NCBI RefSeq assembly: GCF_947568905.1
Contig: NC_079166.1
Span: 31,000,001 to 31,064,000, forward strand
DNA from: Ostrea edulis
Taxonomy: Eukaryota
Length of the DNA stretch: 64,000 nt
Direction of reading: 5' to 3'
Below are positions 1 to 10,959 of this stretch, one piece after another (position 1 is the stretch's first letter; each line of letters opens with the position of its first letter). The notes under the pieces were generated by a model. It was not told the origin of the DNA. It searched no databases and worked only from the letters and a program-made list of their open reading frames with translations. The position numbers were made by a program, and so were the translations under genes.

Positions 1-935
1 GAGATATTAACACCATGTGTAGGTAATAATGGAATATTGTTACATAAATATGGGAAGTTGATGATGTAGAAGCTGAAATCATCCCGTTTGTCATAAAGTT
101 GAGTTGTTAGTTTGCCATTCATATCTATTTTCAATAAAATATCTAAGTGTGAAGCAGAAGTAGACGGCTCTTCGGTGTCTTTTATTTCTAGTTCACAAGG
201 ATATATCGAATTGACATATGAATGAACGTTATTATTGTTAATAGACAAAACGTCGTCGATATATCTAAATGTCGAATTGAAGGCCACAACAAGATATTGT
301 TTCTTCTCACGTAGAAGTTTTTCAATAAATTCTGCTTCATATGAATATAAAAACAGGTCAGCAAACAAAGGAGCACAATTCATGCCAACTGGAAGACATA
401 ATCACCAAAAACCTTGAAGATATTGTCTATGAGGAACTCTAGCAACTTTCAACTTCAGAGTACTTCTGCATGGAATCAGAGTGGTGTTTAACAAATTAAT
501 TTTTTGGATGACTAATGTCTAGATATGAATATTTCCGTTTTCCATTTTTGTTGAAGAAGCAACTGTCTATGGTGTCAAAAAGTCTAGTCTTTAATTTATC
601 GTGAGGAATGGTCGTGTAAAGTGTTGAAAAGTCATACGTTTTGATGTTATTGATTTGATAAAAGTTTTGCGATTTCAAGTCTTCTAAAAGTTTTTTAAAG
701 AATTTTTCAGAATCCACATTTGCTTTACACCACTTCTGGTATATGCAGTCCCACGGTTGGTTTGACGTTTCTCCTTGACAGCTGTTAATATTTTTGTGAG
801 GAGCAAAGATAGGGGATATAGCGAACTTTGATTATGATATCTTTTTTGCATCATGAATTTGAGAAGTTGTCATCGCGTAAACTTGTCAAAGACTTGAAGT
901 GTAAGTTTGTCGTTAACGTCTTTGTTCAGTAAAAC
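1..935 (-). mobile_element. Degraded Penelope-like retroelement RT fragment (Naiad/Chlamys-like)
   Basis: Minus-strand frames give FSTLYTTIPHDKLK and a frameshifted MNCAP..ADLFLYSYEAEF..FRYIDD region, which are PLE-type RT motifs. Confidence 0.85.
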
Positions 936-1512
936 ATCTAAATATAAAACCGATGTGAAAAAATCGTGAGGTCTTTTTTTTATCACGGGTTCACTGGGAT
1001 GAAAGGTGAAGGTAACGAACATTTATCCATGCTCTGATTTCAGAATTTTTTCAGCCTTTGTTCATTCATTATATCATGTTCACTCTAAATACTACGCTTT
1101 ACTGGCGGTGGGTTCCAATCAATTCACCAACTGAAGGTGAAATAACACAACAGAGTTGATACATTCGAGAAAGACATTTGCGGTTTTCATCGAATGTTCC
1201 GGTTTTGTACTCATAAAATAATATTTGCCTAAGTGACATTCCATTCTTTTTCAAGCACTTCCTGTCGTATTGAAGTACATTACATGTTTTATTTTAAATT
1301 GCATTGAATAGACGATCTCAATTGTGCCAATCCAATTTTCGAAGCTTTCCAGTCATAATGAAGTAGGTTTTCATATGATTTGTTCTACACTCAAATGTAA
1401 TTAAGGATTGAATGAAAAAGGGATAGAAAAAATCGTTCAAACAAAATAATTCGTCTAGTTGTTTCTGGATTTATACATTACTTTTGTTAAAAGTTAGTTT
1501 TAGGTCAGGTAT

Positions 1513-3099
1513 ATGGAGGCTGTTATAGAGAGCTTTATCACGCTGTGTAGAATTTTAGCCCTCCCGATTTTTCCAAAGGTTCGGCAATCAGGCTTCAACA
1601 ACAGTGCACACAGAGTAACCTTCTTGTTGTTTATGCACGTGTTATCCGGAATATTCGTTATCATCGGAATATACGCAGCAGGCCAAGCCACATCAGACGA
1701 GGCTAACATTAAGGGTTGGGTAGTAGTGATGGTCTTTGTAACAACTGGACTGATTTCGCTGGTCATTCTCCTCATCGCAGGGTGCACAAATAGACTAACT
1801 ACGCATGCGAGACGCAAAACCAAAATGTCCGATCCATCCTTGAAACTCCGAATAGGATTTCTGTGGGTGTTTGGATTAGCTGTAATGGCACATCTGTCCT
1901 TAAACTTCGCAACTTATATCGACTGCGTCCAATCTTATTCCTCCTTAAAGAGCGTCCATGTGACATTTTCGATGATGAGTAATACAATTTTATCACTCTT
2001 TCTCATAATTCAAATAGCCTTTATTTCGTATTATCAAAATGCATCCTTCACAAGGAGTCATGTGGTAAATTTTGCGAGTATTTTCATTCTAGCGGCGAAT
2101 TTTATCATCTGGTATAACGGTGCGTTGAGTAGTATCTATGTATTTGGACTGGTCGGAAACAATACAGTCCCACGTTATAGCAACGAGTCCTATTGCTTTA
2201 GAACATCTAAAATACAACACAACCTGACTAGAAAGATAACGCCATATTTAATTCCGTTTAGAATGGAGTTCTGTATTCTAGCATCCAGCTTTATCATAAC
2301 ATTCTGGAGGTGGCCGATGGACTATGTACGCGACGAAGGGAGTAGCACTGATTATCGTGTGTTCCGCCGAGACGAAGAGGGTAACACTGATTATCAAGTG
2401 CTTCACGGGGATGCTGAGGATGGCAATATGCCTTCTTCTGAGAAAAGAAATCACATACACGGACCCCATATTTTTGCAATAGTGTGTGGCATTGTCCTAA
2501 ACATGCCGACTTTTTTCTCAAAGCTTTTGCTATCGTTTGTCCCTGACGAGAAAAATCGTTTTGTTGTTTACATTGGCGAGTCTTTGAGTGCGGTTTGCAG
2601 CATCGCCATCGTTTACATATGCAGTTATCGTTTGAACAAGAATTTCAGCAACTCTTGGAGACACAGCAGACTAACGACCAATGAGTACATTCTAATTCTG
2701 ACGTCCTCTGGAATGGTGTCCTATTTTGTGATTGGTGTACTGACCGCTTTTTCATACCCCAAAAGGATGAAATTGTATGTCGGTTGCCGTTTCCTTGGTT
2801 TACTTGAAATATTTCTACAAACGTACTTCTTAATCAAAGTCAGAAGATACCACCTCAACGACAATCACTGTATTATCATTTCCTCGTGTGGAATTATTCT
2901 CATGTTAACCAATCTTATCTATTGGCTCCTACATTCTTACAGCCAGAATGCGTTTGTGGAAAGTCTGGAAATATTCTTCGTTGGACGCGAGAAATGGCTT
3001 TACATGGAAAGCATACTAGTTCCCTTACTGACATTTTACAGGTTTTTCTCCGGCATGAGTGCTTATTCCTTATATTACAAGTTTAAACCCGATCATTAA
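1513..3099 (+). CDS. OTOP: Otopetrin-like proton channel, type A copy 1 (528 aa, single coding exon)
   Basis: About 12 hydrophobic segments in two halves. OTOP-like motifs: LRIG..FGL, LIIQI, ANFIIW, PYLIPFRMEFCIL, EIFLQTYF, TNLIYW, PLLTFYRF. The ORF is uninterrupted. Confidence 0.9.
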   Translation: MEAVIESFITLCRILALPIFPKVRQSGFNNSAHRVTFLLFMHVLSGIFVIIGIYAAGQATSDEANIKGWVVVMVFVTTGLISLVILLIAGCTNRLTTHARRKTKMSDPSLKLRIGFLWVFGLAVMAHLSLNFATYIDCVQSYSSLKSVHVTFSMMSNTILSLFLIIQIAFISYYQNASFTRSHVVNFASIFILAANFIIWYNGALSSIYVFGLVGNNTVPRYSNESYCFRTSKIQHNLTRKITPYLIPFRMEFCILASSFIITFWRWPMDYVRDEGSSTDYRVFRRDEEGNTDYQVLHGDAEDGNMPSSEKRNHIHGPHIFAIVCGIVLNMPTFFSKLLLSFVPDEKNRFVVYIGESLSAVCSIAIVYICSYRLNKNFSNSWRHSRLTTNEYILILTSSGMVSYFVIGVLTAFSYPKRMKLYVGCRFLGLLEIFLQTYFLIKVRRYHLNDNHCIIISSCGIILMLTNLIYWLLHSYSQNAFVESLEIFFVGREKWLYMESILVPLLTFYRFFSGMSAYSLYYKFKPDH

Positions 3100-3186
3100 A
3101 TCGCATTGAAGCAGGATTTCTCGACCTCAATACACACCTGATATGAACTGTACTGTCCTACTACAGATAGGAGAACCAAAACATTG

Positions 3187-3295
3187 GACTCGTCACGTGA
3201 CCATTCAATGGACTTCACGTGTCTGACAATTCAACGGACCTCACGTGTCTGACCATTCAACGTACGTCACGTGTTTGACAATTCAATGGACGTTT
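3187..3295 (+). repeat. ~26-bp tandem repeat (about 4 units), each with CACGTG
   Basis: Units such as ccattcaatggacttcacgtgtctga start ~90 bp after the A1 stop. Confidence 0.85.
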
Positions 3296-3472
3296 CCATG
3301 CCTGTTCAGTAATACCTGAGAAATTTGTTTTTGAATTCACATCATTATTTTGTACTGTTTGGATATAGATGAACTCTTCACGGGTGAAGTTGATTGCATT
3401 TTGTGTACATAGAAAGTTTGTATAGCGTTTATATTATTGTATTCACAAATGTATATCCACGACTTTGTGATA

Positions 3473-3690
3473 CTGTGGAATCATTAGAATTCGTGGTGGC
3501 TCAATTTTCATGGAATTCGTGGGTACCCCTCACCCACGAATTTACATCCTCAACGAATAAAGAATCATAATTACATTCCAGAGTTATCTTTCTTACAAAT
3601 ATATAAATCCACGAAATGACATCCCCACGAACCCGTAAAAATTCAGCAATCCACGAAAATTGGCCCCCACGAATTTAAATGATTGTACAG
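3473..3690. mobile_element. Tc1/mariner-type MITE, TA TSD
   Basis: TA|ctgtggaatcatt...aatgattgtacag|TA imperfect TIRs. Paralogous copy at 19284-19501. Confidence 0.8.
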
Positions 3691-3752
3691 TACTCTGTGT
3701 GTTTATCTTTGTAATAACATACATTGAATATGAAAAGATGGTCTGCCATATC

Positions 3753-3760
<8 letters not shown>

Positions 3761-3815
<55 letters not shown>
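3761..3815 (+). repeat. (GA)n microsatellite
   Basis: Pure GA run; paralogous run at ~19638-19688. Confidence 0.98.
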
Positions 3816-3816
<1 letters not shown>

Positions 3817-4106
3817 ACTAATAATTTCCGTTATATAAATTATGAGATTGATTACTGTTTGTTATATTGATCTTTTCAGAGAGGGAGGAGGGGTCTTAAA
3901 GTAGAGTGAAATGAGATATGCCATTCTGATAAAGTGATATGAACTACGAAATATGCCTTATATTCAAATCCCTCCTCTACTGTGACTGTTAATCCCATGA
4001 ACTTTATACTTACTGTAACGGTCAGTGACTTGTTTTTCTCTGTTGGCAGCAGCACAATCATGAAGATGTTGAATAAACTGATCTCACAAATGAAAACAAA
4101 TTTTAA

Positions 4107-4353
4107 GGAGGTATGCTACACCAGAGAAATTTGATATGGATGAAAAGTGGAGGATATGTACAACATTATTTTCAAATTGAAAACTTACTTTACTTAGTCA
4201 AAAAATGAAGTTTTAGTAGAAAGCAATCTGAATTTTGTTTTAAAACCCCCGCTGGACTCGCACCCGCGAACTACATTTTAAAAGTCGACGGATTAACCTA
4301 CTCAGCTACTCAGCTAGACGATGATTTTTTGAATAAATAGACAAATATTGCTG
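4107..4353 (-). mobile_element. Partial TTAA-flanked (Kolobok-like) non-autonomous element with degenerate tRNA-like segment
   Basis: TTAA|ggaggtatgctacaccagagaaatttg is the reverse complement of the 3' end of the element at 26578-26895. Confidence 0.75.
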
Positions 4354-4356
4354 AGC

Positions 4357-4668
4357 CCCATATCCTGATCAGGTAAACAGAGTTATCCGCAGTCAAAATT
4401 AGTGTGCCAAGAACAGCTTAACAATCGGTATGAAACACGTCAGACAGCATTTGACCCAATGCAAGGTTGTATTGACGAACTAGATCGTTATAACGACCAT
4501 ACAATTTGCGAAATGCTGACTTCAATCGAGACTGTTGAAATCCCTGTACCATCAACTTGTTTGTCAGTAGCTTACCTCGATTTAAAAACTGACTATACGC
4601 AGAACAAGCTCTTGTATATCGAATCAGTTTAGATATATAAACACCATATGCAGGTGATAATGGAATTA
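4357..4668 (-). mobile_element. Penelope-like element fragment (RT thumb/3' region)
   Basis: Encodes SPAYGVYISKLIRYTRACS..QGFQQSRLKSAFRKLYGRYNDLV. Confidence 0.85.
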
Positions 4669-4738
4669 GCATGCAGACAGGCCCATAGAAAGCGGGAAGG
4701 GACGGGGACAGAAAACTTGTTCCAGCTCCCACATATTA

Positions 4739-5850
4739 ATTCTTCATAAATCGAGGCAGGTTACTGACAAACAAGTTGATGTCATATGGATTTCAACACT
4801 CCCGTTTAAAGTCAGCATTTCGCCAATTCTATGGTCGCTATAATGATCTAGTTTGCTAATACTACCTATTATTTGGTCAATTACTATCTGACGTGTTCAT
4901 ACCGATTATCAAGCCGTTCATGTCACACTGATTATGACTACGGATTACTCCGTTTACCGTATATACTCGCCTATAAGTCGAATTTTTGGGAGTCAAATTT
5001 TGGTCCAAAACTCAATGTCCGACTTATAGGCGCGTGCTAAGAAGATTGGTATTTTTCTGGGCGGCGAAATATAGTGTTTTAACAACTCTGACGATTATCA
5101 TGGACTACCACATGGATGATTATTGTTCACAAATATCTAGACATATTGTATTGTTTGTGTATTTTAAAATCATGTATAAAGTACAAGTATTACATATTTT
5201 TATCTAGTTAAAAGTTATTTACATATCGATATCGGTAAAATTGAATTACGAACCCGATTTAATATTGAAATATTCATATGTATACCGTCTGAAATATATT
5301 TCATAACAGATTGAATATTGTTAACAGATAATTTAGATCATCATTCTTGACTCTTAAAAACTTTATTGTTGATACAATGAATTATACCGGACTCCCACAA
5401 TAACAGTTTGCACGAGGCGCGTGTCACTAAGTAAACACGGTGTCAGGTATTGGTAATTAGGAGACCATAATATCTTAGGTAACAAGGGATCATTGCTCAT
5501 TATAGAACAAGGGTTGCGTTTAAACCCCAATTAGATATGACTTGGATATTGAGCAGATCATAATTATTAATTTCTCGAAATATTTGTTGAAACATAGGTA
5601 AAAACACTAGAGCATTGACTTGAAATTGTCAACCGAATCTGACAAAAATTTGTACCGACTTATAAGCGGGTCAATGGCAAATTCCTACAAAATAACCTTA
5701 AAAAATACAACCGACTTATAGGCGAGTATATACGGTACCCGATCAAGATGTAGGGTGTGACAGGTCGACAGGGGTCCTTCCTCCTCTTAGGCACCTAATC
5801 TCACCTCTGGTATATCCAGGGGCCCGTGTTTGTACAACTCTCTATTTTCC
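4739..5850 (+). mobile_element. Penelope-like 3' fragment interrupted by a MITE
   Basis: Family sequence resumes at 5738 after the MITE. The uninterrupted paralog is at ~20460-20853. Confidence 0.8.
4957..5735. mobile_element. Tc1/mariner (pogo-like) MITE, 24-bp perfect TIR, TA TSD
   Basis: TA|ccgtatatactcgcctataagtcg ... cgacttataggcgagtatatacgg|TA. The empty site is present in unit 2 (~20628). Confidence 0.92.
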
Positions 5851-6756
5851 TTGGATGACTATATTACTTTTTAATCCTACAGTAATATTTTGAAATTCAT
5901 TAATTTATTGAGGGCTTTTCCAACCACTTTGTTACACCCATTTATAGCTTTTTTTGTAATTTGAATGTTGCTTATGTTCAAAGAGTTTTTCTGCGATCAT
6001 TGACTTTGACTAAATTGGAATGTTAGAAAACATTTAAACGCCTTGATAATATCGGTAATAGGAAAATAAAATGCTACAATATTTTTTTCATAATTAATCA
6101 TATAATCCATCCGTCCTTGTCGGCAAAATCCGCAGAAATTTTATTCGAGGATTCTAATCTAACCACTTTCCCCATCCGTCTCTGCATGTACTGCAAAAGT
6201 ACATGTTTAGGTCGTATGAAAAGTGCTCGTCATATTGTTACCAGACAGCAATGGCGGAATCTCCTATAGTAGGCTTTATCCTTAGGCACCACAGAGGAAG
6301 ATTCATAAAATGGATGGGGGCAATCATACCTGTCTTAATCACTTTGACGATAAAGAAAATACAAAACTTCTAAATAACGTCACGTTTGCATTGAAAACTG
6401 TTACGTGATTAGTGTGTAAACCACTCTGTATCCGAGAGTTCACTGTAAATCGAAAAACAAGGTGTTGTGTCAAAATCTTCAATTTTCATCCTCTGAAAAA
6501 AACAATAGGCATATGAAGCTGCGATGTTTTGCGTCTTTTATCATCATTTCGGAAATATATTCACACTTTCCTTTGTTGAAGTTTTCAATTTTCCATAACA
6601 AACACGTCATAATGCCATAAAATCTCTTTCTGACGATGGAACACCAAATTAACATAGATACATCATAGTAGATCTCTCTCCCATTTTTCTTCGCTTCCTC
6701 CCACTATCTCTCATGTCATATCATATAGAATATCAAATATAATGATTCTTAACGAA

Positions 6757-6808
<52 letters not shown>

Positions 6809-6809
<1 letters not shown>

Positions 6810-7011
6810 CTTATACGGTACCAATTTTGATGCACCAGATGCGCATTTCGGCAAATGATGTCTCTTCAGTGATGCTCAACCAAAATTTTTGAAATCCGAA
6901 ATAACAATAAACTTGTAAGAGCTCTTTTAGGGGAAAACAGAGTGCCAAAAAGTGGAGTCAAATTTGTCTAAGGATAAGAGCTATGCATGAGGGAGATAAT
7001 CCTTAATTTTG

Positions 7012-7013
<2 letters not shown>
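6809..7013 (-). mobile_element. Short (TA)n-embedded PLE-derived or retrozyme-like element carrying a hammerhead ribozyme
   Basis: Flanked on both sides by (TA)n. A truncated paralog lacking the ribozyme part is at ~22030-22160. Confidence 0.7.
6832..6875 (-). ncRNA. Minimal type I hammerhead ribozyme
   Basis: Minus strand reads gcauca-CUGAAGA-gaca(ucauu)ugcc-GAAA-ugcgcau-C^-uggugc. Stem I has 6 bp, stem II one mismatch, and stem III is the palindrome AUGCGCAU with an AUC cleavage triplet. Confidence 0.8.
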
Positions 7014-7055
<42 letters not shown>

Positions 7056-7097
7056 TCCAGTCACATCCAAACTTGTTCTTCAATTGAATACTGTATA

Positions 7098-7568
7098 CAT
7101 ATATATTATTACTACAGTAACTTGATCCGATGAGTTGGATCACGTCGAGTTGACAGGCGCGGATCATCAGATCACACGAGACGCGAAGCGTCGAGTTTGA
7201 TCTGATGATCCGCGCCTGTCAACGAGACGTGATCCAACTCTTCGTATCAAGTTACTGTAGTAATGATAAATTTATTATATATCCCTTTGTGCATTTTAAA
7301 TCCACATTTATAAGATAATAAATATAATCCAAAATTATCAAAAACACAGACATATCATGAAATTATGTTTTGTGTACGCGGTTTCGTTTGTGACGCGGTC
7401 AATATTTTCCACAAATAACGTTGCGTTGATGCATTGTGACCTCATTGTGACGGCATCAGTTTCAGAGGATACTGATACGGAATCAGAAAACCACAGTGTG
7501 GTGATCCGGAAAACCGGATCACACGCTATGAAATCCACAGTATCAACAAAGATACATTGATGGGTATA
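7098..7568. mobile_element. Unclassified foldback element with ~157-nt hairpin, inserted in a MITE
   Basis: Near-perfect inverted repeat at 7108-7264. It is absent from the intact MITE paralog at 22381-22571. Confidence 0.75.
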
Positions 7569-8239
7569 TAATAAAGATAAATATTCGCCCCCTTTTAATT
7601 TCGCCAATTTCGCCAATCGTTGACTGTTGGCGAACTTAAGACCGGGCGAAAATGGGTTTTTTTCCTTTTTTTTTTTTTTTTTTTTTTACACAACTGTGTC
7701 TGGACGATTTAAAACGAAGCAAAACTTCTGCAAGTGTAGAAATAACCCTGTATATAGTATCTATATAAACTAACTGATCAACAGACTACAATTGAACGGT
7801 AAGAAATGTTATGGCATATCGATGGATAGTTTTGAACACCTGCAATAAATTTTGACAGACAATTACCCCTCTTTGTTAAACATATCAAAAAGGATGTCTT
7901 CAAATCATACAATATGGCAATACTTGATATAAAAACATTTTGTTTTGTCGAGTAAATGTGATATTAAGCATAATTGTGTCAGAATTAAGCAAATGTTTCG
8001 TAGACATAAAATCATAGAAGGGTTTTAGTTGAGAAGTGTGTTACTAAATAATTACAGATAAAAGAGGATTTAAGCTTATAAAACTGTATGTAATATCCTC
8101 ACTGTGTTCTAAAGAGTAATCTTTCTTTCTATCTCACTCATTCACGAATGTTTTTCACAATAGGGGCATGCCATTGTACATGCATATCAAAATTAAATAG
8201 TAATTATAATTTCAACAATGTTAAATAAAACAATGACAA

Positions 8240-8385
8240 GTCACGGTAACCTAGTGATTAAAGCGCTGATTGTGCAACGGGGGGGGGGGGGGTATGGTTC
8301 GATTCAAACTTCGTCAAACCTAAGGCATTTAACATACATGTAGGTAGTGATTGTTACATTACCGAACTTTTAACATTTAAAATGA
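8240..8385 (+). mobile_element. Degenerate tRNA-derived SINE 5' part
   Basis: A-box-like and ggttcgattc B-box-like motifs followed by aaacctaag..gtagtgattg, related to the SINE at 35537-35868. Paralog at ~23085-23230. Confidence 0.55.
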
Positions 8386-8411
8386 AAACAGGACAAACAC
8401 AGAACATGTGA

Positions 8412-8686
8412 GCATACCAGAGGTGGAACCGGCTGCCTAGGAGGAGTAAGCATTACCTGTTGACCAGTCAAACCCGCCATTATCCCTATATATTGATCAA
8501 GTAAATAGAGCAATCCGTTGTCAAAATCAAATGTAAAGAACAGTCTTACAATCGGTATGAAACACGTCAGTCAGCACTCGACGTAATGACAAGTTTTTGT
8601 AAATTAGATCATTATGTACAGGACTTTTAACGACAATAGAATCTAGAAAACACTGGCTTTAAACGATATTCTTGAAACCCCTGTAA
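8412..8686 (-). mobile_element. Penelope-like 3' fragment
   Basis: Matches the family 3' sequence (accagaggtgg..ggtatgaaacacgtcag). Not present in unit 2. Confidence 0.75.
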
Positions 8687-9287
8687 CCTGTTTGGGGCCC
8701 AAACTCTGTGGTACCATAGAGATAGAAAGGGGTCTAACTCTGACCCAGATTTAAAAAAACTACCCACTTGCTTCAAATGCCTAAAAAATCAGAAACTAGG
8801 TCTGGTATGCGTAATCTGCCGGTCTCCTTACATAGATTAATGTTTTAACCACTTGCATGCAAAATTTCTTAAAACAACAGAGATATATGTCATCGTTCTT
8901 TCGTTTAACCTTTTTATTTTTACTGGGACATTTACCGGACCAGGTCACCGGGTGGTTTCTAGCCTATGGCAGGAGCGAAATTCAGACTGATGTGGAAGAT
9001 TTTAGACCTGTCAATTAAAATATCACATTAAATATACGCTACTTACTTCCTCATACTTTAATAAAGTCCTCTATGTTTGCTGTATCTGGATCGCTTATTT
9101 TACAAAACGTCAACTCCTGCCTCTAACTGCCATTTTGATAAAGACCCGAAATACCTAAAACTTTAAGGAAGGGAAAATGGGTAAGAATAATCAAAATGAA
9201 ATAAAATTAATAAAAACAAAAAATTAAGAAAGCCAAAAAATAATTCTCAATTTCCTTCTCTAGGTGCAATATCACAATATCACCACG

Positions 9288-9893
9288 GAGTCGTCCACTT
9301 TTGCTTCATAATTAAATATTTTATTGAAAGTAGATATTAACAGCAAACTGACAACTCAATTCTATGACAAACGGAATTATTTCAGCTTCTCTATCGTCAA
9401 CTTCCCATATTTATGTAGCAATATTCCATTATCACCTGCATATGGTGTTTATACCTCTCAACTGATTCGATATGCAAATGCTTGTTCTGCGTATAGTCAG
9501 TTTTCAAATCGTAGCAAGCTACGGACAAACAAGTTGATGGTACAGGGGTTTCAACAGTCTCGATTAAAGTCAGCCTTTTGCAAATTGTATGGTCGTTATA
9601 ACGATCTAGTTCGTCAATACAACCTATCATTTGGTCAAATGCTGTCTGACGTGTTTCATACCGATTGTTAGGCCGTTCGTGGCACACTGATTTTGATTAC
9701 GGATTTCTCCGTTTAACTGATCAGGATATATGGCTCACGGCGGGTGTGAACGGTCGACGGGGGATGCTTGCTCCTCCTAGGCACCTGATCCTACCTCTGG
9801 TGTGTCCAGGGGTCCGTGTTTGCCCAACTATCTATTTTGTATTGCTTATAGGAGTTTTGATATTGATCACTGTTCGTTATCTTCGCCTTTCAT
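9288..9893 (+). mobile_element. Penelope-like element, 5'-truncated, with complete 3' end
   Basis: ORF 9324-9671 (FYDKR..FSIVNFPYLCSNIPLSPAYGVY..DVFHTDC*) is followed by the family 3' UTR ending cttcgcctttcat. Confidence 0.88.
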
Positions 9894-10029
9894 GCATAAT
9901 TCAACATACTATTTTGTAATTTCAAATAATATTGGCTTTCCTTCAATGGTTTAAAGATAGTAACATTTTCAATTATTCAAAGATAGGTGCAACATATGAA
10001 TTATATAAAATAATTCATTTAAAGAGAGG

Positions 10030-10822
10030 AGAAAAAGTTAACATAACTACCAGTGATCAATCTCATAAATCCTATAAAGAATACAAAATTAAGGTTATGG
10101 TAAACACGGACCCCTGTACACTTCAGAGGTGGAATCAGGAGCTTAGGAGGAGTAAACACCCCTTGTTGATAAGTCACACACGCCGTGAGACTTCTATCTT
10201 GATGAAGTAAACGGAGTAATCCGTAAGTACAATCAGTATGAACAGAACAGCCTAACACGTCAGAAAGACAGCATTCGACCTAACGACAGGATGTTTTTTG
10301 CGAATTATATCATTAGATCAACTTAATGACAAACGGGATGACTTCAGCATTCTATAGCAATATTCTATTATCACCTGCATATGGTGTTTATATCCCTCAA
10401 ATGATTCATTACGCAAGAGTTTGTTCTGCGTATGATCAGTTTTTAAATCGACGTAGGCTACTGACAATCAAGTTGATGGTGCAGGGTTTCATCAGTCTCG
10501 TTTAAAGTCAGCATTTCGCAAATTCTATAGTCGTTTTAACAATCTAGTTTGCTAATACAACCTATCAAATGCTGTCTGGCGTGTTTCATAACGATTGTTA
10601 GGCCGTTATTGGCACACTAATTTTGAATACGGATAACTACGTTTACCTGATCGAAATATAGAGCACACGGCATATGTGACCGGTCGACAGGGGATGCTTA
10701 CTCCTCCTAGGCAACTGATCCCACCTCTGGTATATCTAGGGGTCCGTGTTTGCCCAACTCTCTATTTTATATTGCTTATAGGAGTGAGGAAATTGGTTAC
10801 TGTTCGTTATCTTCACCTTTCA
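10030..10822. mobile_element. Two Penelope-like 3' fragments in opposite orientation (minus ~10030-10305, plus ~10320-10822)
   Basis: Both match the family 3' region; the plus copy ends cttcacctttcat. Confidence 0.8.
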
Positions 10823-10959
10823 TTATTATAACGAATATAGAATTGGCGAAATGTTGACTTTAAACGAGATTGTTTAAGCACCTGTAGAATCAACTAAATT
10901 GTCTTATTTGAAAATTTATCATATGCAGAACATGTCTCTAAACACCACGTGCAAGTGAT

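Noticed and set aside
1500-2521. Antisense ORFs overlapping the OTOP genes, repeated in each copy
   Set aside because: Shadow frames of the coding strand; their recurrence follows from the duplication.
3187-3295. Regularly spaced short repeats as a CRISPR array (also 45365-45552, 48515-49938, 56270-56685)
   Set aside because: The units are contiguous with no unique spacers, there are no cas genes, and the context is eukaryotic.
9690-9893. Hammerhead or SECIS in the 3' UTR of the abundant PLE family
   Set aside because: No CUGANGA..GAAA core and no AUGA/AA/GA SECIS arrangement found by eye; only generic stems.
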